This document shows positions 37,870 to 50,960 of a stretch of 64,000 nt of DNA, one piece after another; position 1 is the first letter of the stretch; each line of letters opens with the position of its first letter. Source of the stretch: Ranitomeya imitator (lineage: Eukaryota); contig NC_091287.1 of NCBI RefSeq assembly GCF_032444005.1, forward strand, positions 46,872,001 to 46,936,000, in the 5' to 3' direction. The translations under genes were made by a program, and so were the position numbers. The notes beneath the pieces were generated by a model, which was not told the DNA's origin, made no database searches, and saw only the letters and a list, made by a program, of their open reading frames with translations.

Positions 37870-38523
37870 TGTACCATAGTTGGGAAGGACAGGGTTAAAT
37901 CCCAGCTCTGCAGTGTCATGATCAGATACACCTGTAGAGTTTTGCTAAGAAGCAGGAAGTAGCTTCATGGAGTGGCAGTCTCCTGAGGGAGTGTTAGTCT
38001 GCTGAGAGAGACATGATGGAGACTGCACTAAGCAGTCTGTGAGAGCTGCAGAGAACAATGTGGAAGCTGCATCCTGCCCAGTGTGAACTGTGCACGGCGC
38101 TGGAAGCTGCTGGAACTCAGGCTGAAGGGGATATCACAAGAGTTGGATCAGGACTCTTCTGTGTATGAAGCCGACTGCGGTAGAAAGTAATGTAATCTGT
38201 TTGTTTGAGGCCGCACTGACATATGTGATCACGATTAAATGCACAGGCTGAGGGCAGAGAACCATAATTATCAGTGGTTGCTTTGGTCAATAGCTGCCTT
38301 GTTTGACCAAACTGGGGCTAGCTCGGCCGTGTATGAGTAGCCATAGCTTGTTCTGTTTAGTCAGCGCTTAAACAAGGCTAGGGATTTATGCTTATGAGTT
38401 TGTTTTAAAAGCTATGCAACCTGTGGAAAGCAATAAAAACTGCACATGTTTGGACTAAAACTATATTGTCTGTGTGAACGCTACCTAAGACTTAATGCCT
38501 AGCAGAGAGAGTGAACCTCTACA
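37870..38523 (+). mobile_element. Probable solo LTR
   Basis: TGT...ACA termini and AATAAA near the 3' end; the TSD is imperfect (CTAG vs CTGA). Confidence 0.45.
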
Positions 38524-38929
38524 CTGAGTAGACTCAATAGATGGTGAATTTCTGTATATCTGCCATTGTTCTCTGACCACTACAGTTATGTCGCTGCCTA
38601 GAGAGAATTTGCGACTGTACATTTTTGAAATTTATGTGAATCTGAAAGCAGACCGCCGGTATTAAAGGGATTTTCCAATTTCAATTAATAAATGGATAAA
38701 GAGGGAAATGTTACGAAACCTTAACTGACCTGTTAAGTTCCCCCATTATTTCAGTGTTTTTACTCTAATGCTTCCCACAGTTCTTTGTTTTTTTCGCCAC
38801 AGTTTTTATCTGCCTTTTGCACACATGACTAATGCTGTCAATCACTGGTCTCAAGCTGTCCACCTCTGAAGCAAGAGATAGGCTGTAGTTAGGAATTTAA
38901 CAGAAGTACTAATAATAATAATTATCATC

Positions 38930-39842
38930 TTTCAATTCATCATCTTTCCCCCATCTCACACGACCTCCCCAACGAATCTATCCATTACAGTAAACGGCTG
39001 CCCACTCTCCCCAGTCCCACAAGCCCGCTGTCTTGGGGTAATCCTTGACACTGATCTCTCCTTCAAACCACATATCCAAACCCTTTCCACTTCCTGCCGC
39101 CTCCAACTCAAAAATATTTCATGGATCCGTACATTCCTAAACCAAGAATCTGCAAAATCCCTAGTCCATGCCCTCATCATCTCCCGCCTTGACTACTGTA
39201 ACCTCCTGCTCTGTGGCCTCCCCTCTAACACTCTTGCACCCCTCCAATCTATTCTAAACTCTGCTGCCCGACTAATCCACCTGTCCCCCCGCTATTCCCC
39301 GGCCTCTCCCCTCTGAGACTCCAGTACAAAAGCCTAACCATGACATACAAAGCCATCCACAACCTGTCTCCTTCATACATCTGTGACCTCGTCTCCCGGT
39401 ACTCTCCTGCACGCAACCTCCGATCCTCACAAGATCTCCTTCTCTACTCCCCTCTTATCTCCTCTTCCCACAATCGCATACAAGATTTCTCTCGTGCATC
39501 CCCCCTACTCTGGAACTCTCTACCACAACATATCAGACTCTCGCCTACCATCGAAACCTTCAAAAAGAACCTGAAGACCTACCTCTTCCGACAAGCCTAC
39601 AACCTGCAGTTACCACCGATTGACCAAACCGCTGCATGACCAGCTCTACCCTCACCTACTGTATCCTCACCCATCCCTTGTAGATTGTGAGCCCTCGCGG
39701 GCAGGGTCCTCTCTCCTCCTGTACCAGTTGTGACTTGTATTGTTCAAGATTATTGTACTTGTTTTATTATGTATACCCCTCCTCACATGTAAAGCGCCAT
39801 GGAATAAATGGCGCTATAATAATAAATAATAATAATAATAAT
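38930..39842 (+). mobile_element. 5'-truncated L2 LINE 3' end
   Basis: ARCLGVILDTDLSF, ALIISRLDYCN, LLWNSLP, FKKNLKTYLF; (AAT)n tail. Confidence 0.9.
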
Positions 39843-41660
39843 CTTTATTTATATAGCGCCAACATATTCCGCAGTTTAACAGTTTCAAACACAAAAGTCA
39901 TAAGTAACAACGTTAACAATACAATAATTAAAGCAAAGTAAAACGACCCTGCTCGTGAGAGCTTACAATCTACAATGAGGTGGGGGAGATACAAAGTACC
40001 GGTGTGTATTTACAATGATGTATTTACAATGATGGTCCAGCCATCCTCAGGGGTTGGGTAATAGATAGGGATAGTGAATGGGCTACACACACACACAAAC
40101 ATAAAATGACTTTGATTAGTGAACGTGATAGGCCGCTCTGAACAAATGTGTTTTGAGTGAGCGCCTAAAACTATGCAAATTGTGGATGGTCCGAATATCT
40201 TGGGGTAGAGTATTCCAGAGGATTCGCGCAGCACGGGAGAAGTCTTGTAGTCGGGAGTGGGAGGTACGGATTAGTGCAGAGGTTAGTCGAAAGTCATTTG
40301 CAGAGCGCAGTGGTCTGTTAGGCCGATAGACAGAAATGAGGGAGGAGATGTAAGGGGGTGCCTCACTGTGGAGAGCTTTGTGGGTGAGAACAAGTACTTT
40401 GAATTGTATCCTGTAATGAATGGGCAGCCAGAGTAACGACTGACAAAGAGCGGACGCGTCCAAGTAACGATTAGCCAGATGGATGACCCTGGCTGCTGCA
40501 TTAAGGATGGACTGGAGAGGGGAAAGTCGAGTGAGGGGGAGGCCAATTAATAGAGCATTGCAGTAGTCCAGGCGGGAGTGGATCAGGGCGACAGTGAGGG
40601 TTTTAGTTGTCTCCATGGTGAGAAAAGGGCGGATTCTAGAGATGTTCTTTAGGTGTAAGCGGCACGAGCGGGCAAGAGATTGTATATGGGAGGTGAAGGA
40701 GAGATCGGAGTCAAACATAACACCCAGACAGCGCGCCTGCTGCCAGGGTGTTATTATGGTGCCACCCACGGAGATGGAAATGTCAGATTTAGGGAGGTTA
40801 GTAGATGGTGGGAGCAGAAGAAGTTCAGTTTTGGAGAGGTTGAGTTTCAGATAGAGAGCAGACATGATGTTGGAGACTGCAGACAGACAGTCAGTGGCGT
40901 TCTGTAGTACAGCGGGGGTAAGGTCAGGGGATGACGTGTATAGTTGTGTGTCATCAGCATAAAGATGGTACTGAAAGCCAAATCTGCTGATGGTCTGTCC
41001 AATTGGGGCCGTGTAGAGGGAGAAGAGAAGGGGGCCAAGGACTGAGCCCTGAGGTACCCCGACAGCGAGAGGAAGAGGAGATGAAGTGGAGCCAGAGAAC
41101 AGAACACTGAAGGAGCGGTCAGAAAGGTAGGAGAACCAGGAGAGAGCAGTGTCCTTAATGCCTAGTGACTGGAGCCTAGAGAGTAACAGAGGGTGGTCAA
41201 CAGTGTCAAAAGCTGCAGAAAGATTGAGAAGAATGAGCAGAGAGTGGTCACCATTACGTTTTGCTGTCAGAAGGTCATTGGTCACTTTGATGAGTGCAGT
41301 TTTTGTCGAATGTAGGGGGCGGAAACCGGACTGTGAAGGGTCTAGGAGGGAGTGAGTGGAGAGGTAACGTGTAAGGCGGGAGTATATCAGGCGCACCAAG
41401 AGTTTAGAGATGAAGGGGAGATTGGAGACCGGTCTGTAGTTGTTTGTGCAGGATGGGTCGAGGGTGGTTTTTTTTTAGTAATGGAGTAATGATAGAGTGT
41501 TTGAAGGAGGAGGGGAAAATGCCAGAGGAGAGGGAGAGATTAAAGATTGTAGTTAGGTGACTTGTGACGACTGGAGAGAGAGACTGGAGGAGATGTGAGG
41601 GAATGGGGTCGGTAGTGCATGTAGTCGGACGAGAAGAGGAGAGGAGCTTGTAAGTACTGT
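39828..41660 (-). mobile_element. 5'-truncated L2 LINE (different subfamily; RT domain)
   Basis: [47 protein letters not shown]; the 3' UTR ends in a (TAT)n tail. Confidence 0.93.
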
Positions 41661-41719
41661 ATCGTTTTATCACAATTCCCTCCCTTGCTCATTTTTTTCA
41701 TTGAAACCCCCCTGCTTTT

Positions 41720-41725
41720 TTTATT
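41720..41725 (-). terminator. Candidate polyadenylation signal of PTCHD3 copy B
   Basis: AATAAA on the - strand about 600 nt after the stop, just before the adjacent L2 begins. Confidence 0.35.
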
Positions 41726-42324
41726 TAATGAAAGAGTTGCCAACCCCAGATCGGTGATATTTCTAAATATCGTTTAGTAAAAACAACATCATAGAAGGTT
41801 CCTTAAGGCGTCCGGAAATCACCCAGCTTTATAACAGAATTCATGCTCAAACTTTTGAGTTGTAAGACCTTGGAATGCAGAGCGGATCTCGCAACCCTCC
41901 ACAGCCGGTCTCGCAGTGAAAGAGTAAGACCTCGGTCTTTGCATTAACCCACCTCTGCCATGTAATCTACTAAGCTGCTAATGAATCGTAACTGTTCTAA
42001 TGATGCTACCATTCAGTAATAGCTTAGTAGAGTATGCGGTATTGCTCGGTTAATGCAAAGAGCAAGATCTGTCTCTTTTATTGCAAGAGTGGGAGCAGAA
42101 TATGCACTCTGCATACCAGAGAGTATGGGACCATAGTCTTCTACAAAGTTGGGCCTTTTCAATGGACATTAGGGACCCTTCTATTATGTTTTTACTACAT
42201 TCTATTCAGGAAAATCCTAACTCTGGGACTGCCCACTGATTTATCAAATACAAAAGGGGAGCCCAGATGGGTTATAGGTACTCTAAGTAAAGTTGTCTCT
42301 ATGTAAAAACATTAAAGTAAAAAG

Positions 42325-43958
42325 CTAGGGGCAATCAGGATCTATGTTGTCATAATCAAATTTTGTTTCTCTTTGACCGTTGTTTAACCTTTGCTCATCT
42401 CTATGAGCTTTAATCTTGGTAGCATCATCATTTCTCATACAATTCCCAAACAATGTTAAAAACACTGGAAGAAAAACTAGTCCATGTATCAGACCAAATG
42501 AAATGACCAGAAATATGATCTTAAAAAATGTTCTAAAGATGTAACTCTGAGCTGCAGATAGGGCTACCACCCCCAGGATGGTGGACACAGCACCCTGTAC
42601 TATAGGATAGCCAAGAGAGTGTAAGGCATCAATCAACTTTTCATTTGCGTTGGCTTTCTGATTTGAGACATAAGCATATGTAATGTGAGCAGAGAAGTCT
42701 ACTGAAAAACCAATGCAGATGATGAGGTTGATCATCGAAATGGAATCTAAGTTAACATCCCAGTACGCCATGAAACCCGTAACACCTACTATAATAGACA
42801 CTATGGTGAATGTCACCCACAACGAGCACAGAGGATTTGGAATTAGCAGAAGTGAGATCACAAACATGGTGGCAGCAGCAACAGCGACATTTTGGATGGT
42901 GTTATCTATAATTACGGCATATTGGTCAAAATATATAAATGCGGGATGATAGACAAGTACCGGAATCTCACAACTCTTCGCTGTATCTCGAACTTGGTTT
43001 AGCATGTTTCTCTCATCCACTGCTGAAGTAACGTTTACAGTCTGGATAAAGAAACGAGAAGCTGTTATAGCTCCCGACTGAATGTCCACATCTTGTTCAA
43101 AGTCTGGAACTACATTGAATAATATTGATAAATTACTGATAAAGTTGTGTTTATCACTGATGTTCAGGTTCATCTTTTTAGCCACATCAATGTATACCCT
43201 CATCCAAGATTCGGAGAGAGACCCACCACTAACATAGGAATTATTTATAAATGAATCCAGACACTTGTCAATCTTACTCTGGACATTTGAATCCCAGTAT
43301 GAAACCTTCTCAGTCACCACAACCATAACTCTGGGACCATACTCTGAAAAATATAAATCCTCATCATCATAGAAGGATCGAATGTAAGAACCATCAGTAG
43401 CTAAATTTCTTAAGTCAATTCCTTCTTGAATCTGAAAACACCCGTATATACTGCTGGCCATATATCCTCCATAGAGAATAATAACAAAGATCTTAGCCCA
43501 GATGTTGGTGAGGAATGGACCATAATGCTTGCGAAAAAAAATAGTCATTGGATGGTCGGTCTCTTTATCAGTGATATGGCTGTATCCTCCTCCAACACAA
43601 CACATGTTATATGCAGGTGAACGATGGTCATCTTTTTCTTTTGCTACTTTCATACAAGTGAACCAGTGCCTGTTACTCTTCTCTCTTCTGCCATTGAGAG
43701 CTAAGAAAGCCCCAAAGCAAGTGACATTGTAGAAGAAACAGAACAAGATGGCGGTCCCGGTGTAGATACAAAATGATTGCACTGACTTAAAAGAGGTCAA
43801 AATACCAATGTAGAAAGCGAGAACATCGGTGAGTGTCGTGATTGTTATAGAGACAGCAGCATCCGCGTATGTCTCAGCCATTCTTTCTTGAACTTTATCC
43901 TTTACTTTAGTTTGTTGCCAGCTGGAAATCATGATGAACATGTCATCTACCCCAACAC
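42325..43958 (-). CDS. PTCHD3: PTCHD3-like copy B, coding exon 4; spliced protein ~881 aa
   Basis: TTCTAG|GT acceptor. GVGVDDMFIMISSWQQT...GFSVDFSAHI...FGLIHGLVFLPVFL...YDNIDPDCP-TAG. Exon lengths 744+122+146+1634=2646 nt, divisible by 3. Confidence 0.93.
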
Positions 43959-44625
43959 CTAGAAGTAACAGTAATAACATTCGAAAGTTTAAATGTAAGG
44001 AAACTTTTGATGAGATACTTAAAAAATAAAACACACCAAGCTGACGTTTTCTCAAGTACACGCATTTAGCATTGGTTGAAAGATCTAAAATTCCAATCAA
44101 ATGAGACAGATCAAATGCTCATGGTTAAAACATTCTTAGAAGAAATTGTCTTTTTCAAACCTCATAAATTATATTTGGTTTACTGTTTATTGCTTATTTC
44201 TACAGTATTGCCATGATTGGATCCAAAAAGCTTTTAGAAAGGGGTTATCTGGTTTAATAAAACTGCTATTCTCTTTCTGCAAGTTGCTTGAAAACAACAA
44301 ACTTTTCTTTATCCACCCTCCCTGCATCCAGCACTGAGTTTCCACCGCTGGTCCTTATGTCTGTCATTGTCTGTAGTGACGTCACATCAACGCAATGAAC
44401 CAAAAAGCTCTGAGCAGCTCATTCAGTTATTGGCTGCCATGCTATTGATGTGATGGGTCAGCACAAATGGCAATAACAGACACAGGGAGCAGCGATGGAG
44501 CCTTAAAACTAGACAGGGAAGGATCATTAAAATTCAGGTTTCTTTTTTTATTTTTTTTTTAGAAAAAAACAAACAAACTCAAGCTCAAAGGTAGAGGGAT
44601 TATTCAAAACCAGAAACCCCTTTCA

Positions 44626-44832
<207 letters not shown>

Positions 44833-45438
44833 TTACTTCTAAAGTGAAAATAATGTCTATGGGGGTGTCTTAGTAGAAGAGGATGATATCATGTTGAATG
44901 GGACACTTTTTGAATTTGAAAATGTTTCTAAATTTTTGCAACGCATTTCGATGCCAGACTTGTGCTTTTCTCAAGGTAAAAAAAATAAATTATGGAGGTG
45001 TCTTGTCTCTTCCCTAGTGGCATATATTTGGGGAATGTATTGTCTGACATGTTAAATATTTCAACATGCCATATCATTAGTTTTCTAGGAAGATAGGCTA
45101 TCATCCGAGGTGTTTGGCAGAATGTTTTTTTTTATTCCTCAATTGAAAACACAAGCATGCTATACTCAGATGACCATGACTGCGTTCTCTATAGTCAGAG
45201 AGTAATAACCTGCTGCGAATCATTGGTGCTCCGGAGCAATAGCTGTCGGTCACTGACAACTGACAGGAGAAATTGCGTGAGCATTGTCGAGAAATGGTTG
45301 GTCCCAGTTTTCGATTTATGCGTACATTTTCAAGGAAGAGTAAAAGGAGCATCACAAGTTCTTTTATAAGATGCTTCAGTAATGCTATTTTAAGAGATGC
45401 GAGTTAAAACATAAACACATTCCACTACATTATCTTAC

Positions 45439-45560
45439 CTAATACAGGACACAACTGCAAAAAATATGGTGACAAAATACGTAATAGAAAACAATGGGAT
45501 CACTGTTTTTGTTGTGCCGTCAAATTCTTGCTGACGTGATATTGCCGTGAAAAAAGATAC
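45439..45560 (-). CDS. PTCHD3: PTCHD3-like copy B, coding exon 2 (122 nt)
   Basis: Found by eye on the - strand. TTCCAG|GTA acceptor; encodes VSFFTAISRQQEFDGTTKTVIPLFSITYFVTIFFAVVSCI; AG|GTAAGA donor, phase 2. Confidence 0.9.
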
Positions 45561-46766
45561 CTGGAATATAAAAAGTAGAAGTTATAACAATTTATATTTT
45601 AATGAGCAAAAAGACTAAAAATAAAAACCACCATAATGCTGACTGCAAAGTGTAACATCTTCATACGGTACATTACTAGTACTAGTGTTGCGAAGGAGCA
45701 AGGCTTTATTCACATTGGTGTCAATCTATAGGGAGTTTTGGTTCCATTATTCTTTTGGCAGAAAATGATCAAGGAAAAAGTATAATACACTGAATAAATT
45801 GCAGATGAAAAGAGGCGAGAGTTTGGAAATAATCAAGCGCAAGACGGATCTTCAAAAATTATAAATACACATGTTCTATGTAATTTGATACAATTTTTTT
45901 GTGCTGCCTTTTTTGCAATGGGAAATCCTGAGGGAGCAGAAATAATAGACAAGTGACTAAACATGTGAATGAGATCTGTAAACATTTAACTTATAGATAT
46001 TAATTAGTAAATTTGAATGCAATTTAATTCTACTTGAATTTTGCAAAAAATCCACATTCGGCAAAATGCATTTACTCATAAAGGGCCATTAAAAGGTTAA
46101 AAAAAAATACTGCACTCACCTTACCAGTCATCTCTTCTGCCCCTCTGCTCCTCATTGCCACACATCCAGTCCTTGTAGCGTCTTCTGTTCCTTGTCGCTC
46201 ACTCTGAAATTCAGCATCTTCTGATCCACGCCATTCACGCGGAAATCCCAGACCAGCGTGAGAGACGGGGATCAGAAGATGTGACGAGGACCTGACGGGT
46301 GACGTAAGGAGTGGTGGGGTCAGAGAGATGACCGGTAAGGGGAGCATATGTATTTGTCATACTTTTTCCATATTACGTTTATTATGTTTTGGGGTCTCGA
46401 TAGACCCCAGAGCATGCTAAAGGAAAATAAATTAACAGAGAATAATTTCTCAAATTTAATTTTCCAGGAAATAGTGAGAAAATAGGCGAATTTGAATTTT
46501 GCCTGCTCTGCTAATCTCCAGTACGGTAAATTACACATTTTCATTTAGAAATCTTACAAATTTATATTTTTATATTTTTTTTCCCTAAATCACATTGTGT
46601 CACTTTTTTGTTACTAATTTTGTCTTAAAGGGTAAAAATAATGCAGAATATTTTTTGGTTTTCCATCTTAAAGTATGACAAAAATGTAATAAAACTTTTG
46701 TTTTCACCACAATTTATGGTGCAACTTTATGTCATACCACAGCTAAAAAAACCTTTTACCATTTAA

Positions 46767-47095
46767 GGCTATGTGCACATTCTCTGCCGATCTGCAGCGT
46801 TTTTTGCGGTGCAGAAACGCTGCAGATCCGCAATTGATTTATAGTACAATGTAAATCAATGAGAGAAAAAAAAGCTGGGCACACTTTACGGAAAATCCGC
46901 TGCGGAAACGCTGCAGTTTAAAAGAAGTAGCAATCCGCAGAGGTAAAAAATGCAGCAAATCCGCAAAAAAACGCAGAAAAAACGCACAAAAAACGCTGCT
47001 TATCCGCACAATATCCGCAGCTGCGTTTTCTGCCAGGAGAGGCAGAATCCGCACCAGAAATTCCTAAGGCTAAGCCGCAACGTGTGCACATAGCC
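46767..47095. mobile_element. Harbinger-type MITE (GGCTATGTGCAC family) in PTCHD3-B intron 1
   Basis: TIR GGCTATGTGCACA/TGTGCACATAGCC, TSD TAA/TAA. Confidence 0.85.
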
Positions 47096-48076
47096 TAAAA
47101 GTTAATAACAAAAAAAATGTGGATGATAACAATACAGCACAAATGAAATAATTAATGATAAAAAAACACATGGTATAGATTCTAATAGACAGCATATTTT
47201 ACCATATGTGTTAAAACATTAAGAGCTCATGCTGCTTGTATTGGATTTATGATTTATGAATCAATATGGCATCTATAGAGATCTTTGGGTTTATATTGGA
47301 TTTTTGTTTCTGATTTCATAATGAACGCTTTTCAAACAAACGTAAAGTGTTAGCCTCCTGAAAAATAAAACATTATAAACTGAAAATCGTAATATTTGTA
47401 AATGATTACCATAACCGGTAAATTACTTAACTCTCCGTAACCATATTCTCCCATTCCAGTCTATAATATATGGCCGTGATATTTCATGTTTTTAGCTAAA
47501 AGAGTATAGTCTTGAGTAATTGCTATCGGTGTGTGAATATATGGCTAGTGACTGAGATCTAATGTTTTTTCTTGGTATGAGAAGATGCCACTTTTCTCTT
47601 TCTCCAGAAATTCAGACCCCAAATTCAGACATAATACATGCAGCCTATATCCATTTTTTTTTTTACAAATTTTTTTTTAATTGCTATGTTAGGAAAATTA
47701 TTTTTCGGAGGGTTACTGTTTACTAAGTTCTAAAGAAATTGTGATTTTTGTGATATTTCCTCTATAAACATTGCTTCAAGAGGAAAATATGTAATAATAT
47801 ATATAGTGTCACATAATATGCCTATGGATCCATCAAACGAATTGGGTCTTTTTGCCACCATTTAGGGTGCACGCAGCTGTTCTAAAATTGATATTAAAGC
47901 TACATATGCTTCATAGTGTTCACTACTAAATACACATGGTTATATTACAGTTATATAGTAACTACTTATATTTCTGTATCATGAAATTACAATTGAACAA
48001 AAAAAAATGCTTATTAATGAATATTAAAGGAATTTTAGACTTAGCAACGTTTCAGAAATCATGATAAATTCCTTAC

Positions 48077-48820
48077 CTTTATTTCAGTGAGTTGAAGACT
48101 ATTCTTTGTGAAGAATTTGATAAATTCATTGATCCACCGCAGGCTTCTTTCTCTGTCGCTCTCGCTGTCTTCTCTCAGATAGTATATCAATTTGATTGCT
48201 TTGGCTTTTTGCACAACATCATCTGAATTTAGCGTCACTCCACCCAGGTATGTTCCCAGGAATATTTTACCTTGAAACATGGGGTAACTTATTGGTATTG
48301 TCGCTATCAGACTCACATTACCTTGTACCACAGAGAGGAGAGGATTAATCGTCATACATGTTTTTCCCTGGATCTCTGCACATAGTTGATGAAATGTGAG
48401 GCTTTCGTTAGCAGCGGGATCCATCACTGCGAAGTTCTGCACCATCTCATCCAGCTTCATAAGCTCTTCAAAGGTCTGAACGTTTATGACATTATCGGAT
48501 GTACTTACGGCTATGAGCGAAACAAACAAACCTTCTGTATATAGTCGCTGCGGAGAAAACTGCCCGGAGTCATCGGTGGGAAAATGTGTCTTTACAAATT
48601 CTCTCTCACTTTTAGCCGGGCCACCGATTGGGGTGAACTGTCCTTCGATGTCATTTGCTTGTCTTTGGGGTAAAAAGTAAAAGCCGGCTCCCAAGCCAGC
48701 AGATAAAGCAAATGGAATTAGTAGGAACCACCAGGGGTACCTTCCCACCAGCTTACCAAGCCAACTGAAGGCACGAGAGAGCGGTTTCTGTATACAGTCT
48801 GTGTGACACCTGGCCATCAT
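48077..48820 (-). CDS. PTCHD3: PTCHD3-like copy B, coding exon 1 (248 codons)
   Basis: MMARCHTDCIQKPLSRAFSWLGKLVGRYPWWFLLIP...LTEIK, then AAG|GTAAGG donor. The real ATG is at 48820 (the track starts at a TTG). 744 nt, identical in length to copy A exon 1. A splice acceptor (TTCTTCATTCTTTATAG|) lies 14 nt upstream of the ATG. Confidence 0.92.
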
Positions 48821-49399
48821 CAATCCCCTAATATCTATAAAGAATGAAGAACGAATATGTTTCTACTGTTAATAGTGATTATATAGCACACCTCAGCGAC
48901 GCCAGAAGCAGCAAATAATTGGATGACAAATGCTTTCTATTGCCAATAAAGATTTTCCACGGAAAAAGGAAGTTTTCCATATCTGGTTTACTTGGTAACT
49001 AATGCACAATTGACCTTTGCACGAGGAGATGTGTTTTTCGCACTATGACAGCTAAAAGTCCAGTCATTAGTATTAATACAAATAAAACAGAAGTGAATTA
49101 ACTGGAAAAGACTTGTCAATGCTACCTGCCAAATGAAATGCATGACATGATAAGGACAATGAACTAGGGGCTGTTTATAGAGCTCATATACTCACAGGGC
49201 AGGTTGTGCCTTCTCCACCCTCTTTTCATGCTGGGGACAGCGACTGAGCGAAAAAGACCCGGGACAGGTCAAAATTTCTCCCCAAATGGTTGCCTGTGTT
49301 TCCATATAATAGTATATTGAATCTGTACACCAATAAGATATATTCTTGTGAAGCATTTGAAAATCAGAGGGTGTGGTTGATTTTACTTTCCACTGACTG

Positions 49400-49760
49400 T
49401 TGGGATCAATCCCAGTCCACCTGGCACCCGTAACAAATGTTGAGTGCCCACCAACACGTTACTGTTTACGGAGCTCTACATGTTGCAACTAAAATCTTTT
49501 CAGCTAGGCACAAAAACTTTAGCTTACCACACCATGAGAAATAATATGGAGGTTTTGTCATACCCGGCAGGCAGCGTTCTTTCAGAACTTGTCTTCAGAG
49601 CTGGTGGTGGTGTCCTGATGGATAAGTGCTTCCGGCTGTCCCCTGAAAGTGTAGACCGCCTAACTTTCATAAAAATGAACAAGTCATGGATCTCCAATGA
49701 TTTTGCACCCCAGTCACGGATTGAGCAGACTAGACAATGGTGTAGTTTTTAGTGTCATGT
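49400..49760 (+). mobile_element. hAT transposase C-terminal dimerisation-domain relic
   Basis: EVLSYPAGSVLSELVFRAGGGVLMDKCFRLSPESVDRLTFIKMN matches the hATC motif (PAxSxxSERxFS...RxRLS). Confidence 0.8.
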
Positions 49761-49849
49761 ATTGATCTCGCGTTATTGCAGTCTGTGCCATCTTTGTGGT
49801 ATCTTTTGTGCCTGCTGTTGCTACTGATGCTGATTTTACACTTTTTTTT

Positions 49850-50430
49850 TTAAATATGGAGACTCTAATATGGGTCTCCACCTGATGGGTTTCCTGTAGT
49901 AGAAGGTGTATCAAAGGCTTATTATACTGTTTCAACTCTATGGAAATTGATGCCACTTTAGTGGTGTGTGACAATTATTTTTTGAAGTGTGGAGACTCCA
50001 AGTTGGGTCTCCATCAGTTGGCTTGCCTGTAGGGGAAGGTGTGTTAGAGTCCTATTATACTGTTTCTACTCTGTGGAAAATGATGCTACTTTATTGGTGG
50101 GTGATAATTTTTTGAAATGTGAAGACTACAAGGTGGGTCTCCATCTGTTGGGTTGCCTGTGGTGGAAGGTGTGTCAGAGGTTTATTACACTGTTTCTACT
50201 CTGTGTAAATTGATGCCACTTTACTGGTGATGACAATTATTTTTTTGAAATGTGGAGACTCCAAGTTGGGTCTCCATTTGCTGGGTTGCCTGTAGTGGAA
50301 GGTGTGTCAGAGTCCTATTATAGTGTTTCTACTCTGTGGAAATTGATGCCACTTTAGTGGTATGCGATAATAATACTTTGAAATGTGGAGACTACAAGTT
50401 GGGTCTCCATCTGGTAGGTTGCCTGTTCAT
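49850..50430 (+). repeat. ~131-nt tandem repeat (about 4.3 copies), probably hAT subterminal
   Basis: Units begin TGAAATGTGGAGACT at ~49852, 49982, 50113, 50246 and 50379. Each unit carries a GGAGAC-N10-GTCTCC hairpin. Confidence 0.85.
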
Positions 50431-50960
50431 GTAGAGTTCCCAGAAAGGCAGACCTGCACTCACTTTCAGTCAACTATCTGTGTTACTTTCCTTAAATTTT
50501 TGTACCACTAGTACTGTATGAAGCTGATGTTTGTGTTATCTCAATGTGGCTTGGCAAAAAAAGAAAAAAAAGGAGTTACATGAGGTATCATGGCTCCCAT
50601 ATAAGAATGCTGACACCGCTCCCTTAGCCACCACGTCTTAATTGAAACTTCAGTTCCTCATGCTGAATGCTGGCCCAGACAGTGATACAACATGTATGGC
50701 CTATTGTGGACTGCAGAAGGGCCATTACAAAATGTTCTACTGTGGGTCAATTGATCAGTCACCTACATGTGTTACTATCCTTACATTTTTCTACTAATAG
50801 TAGTCTATGAAATTGATGTTTGCGCCACTTGAGTGTGGCTGGGAAACTTTTTAGGTGTTGCATGAGGTATCAGGTCTCCCAACTAAGAAGGCTTAGACCA
50901 CTCCCTTAACCACCACATTTTAATTGAAACTTCAATTCAAAACTGTAAATGCTGTCCCAG

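Noticed and set aside
43959-44100. N-terminal extension of the 591-aa ORF (and similar extensions of ORFs at 16266, 18329, 44823, 48823)
   Set aside because: These are intronic or UTR read-through upstream of clear AG acceptors.
49850-50430. CRISPR-like array
   Set aside because: The units are full-length diverged tandem copies without unique spacers, in eukaryotic context with no cas genes.
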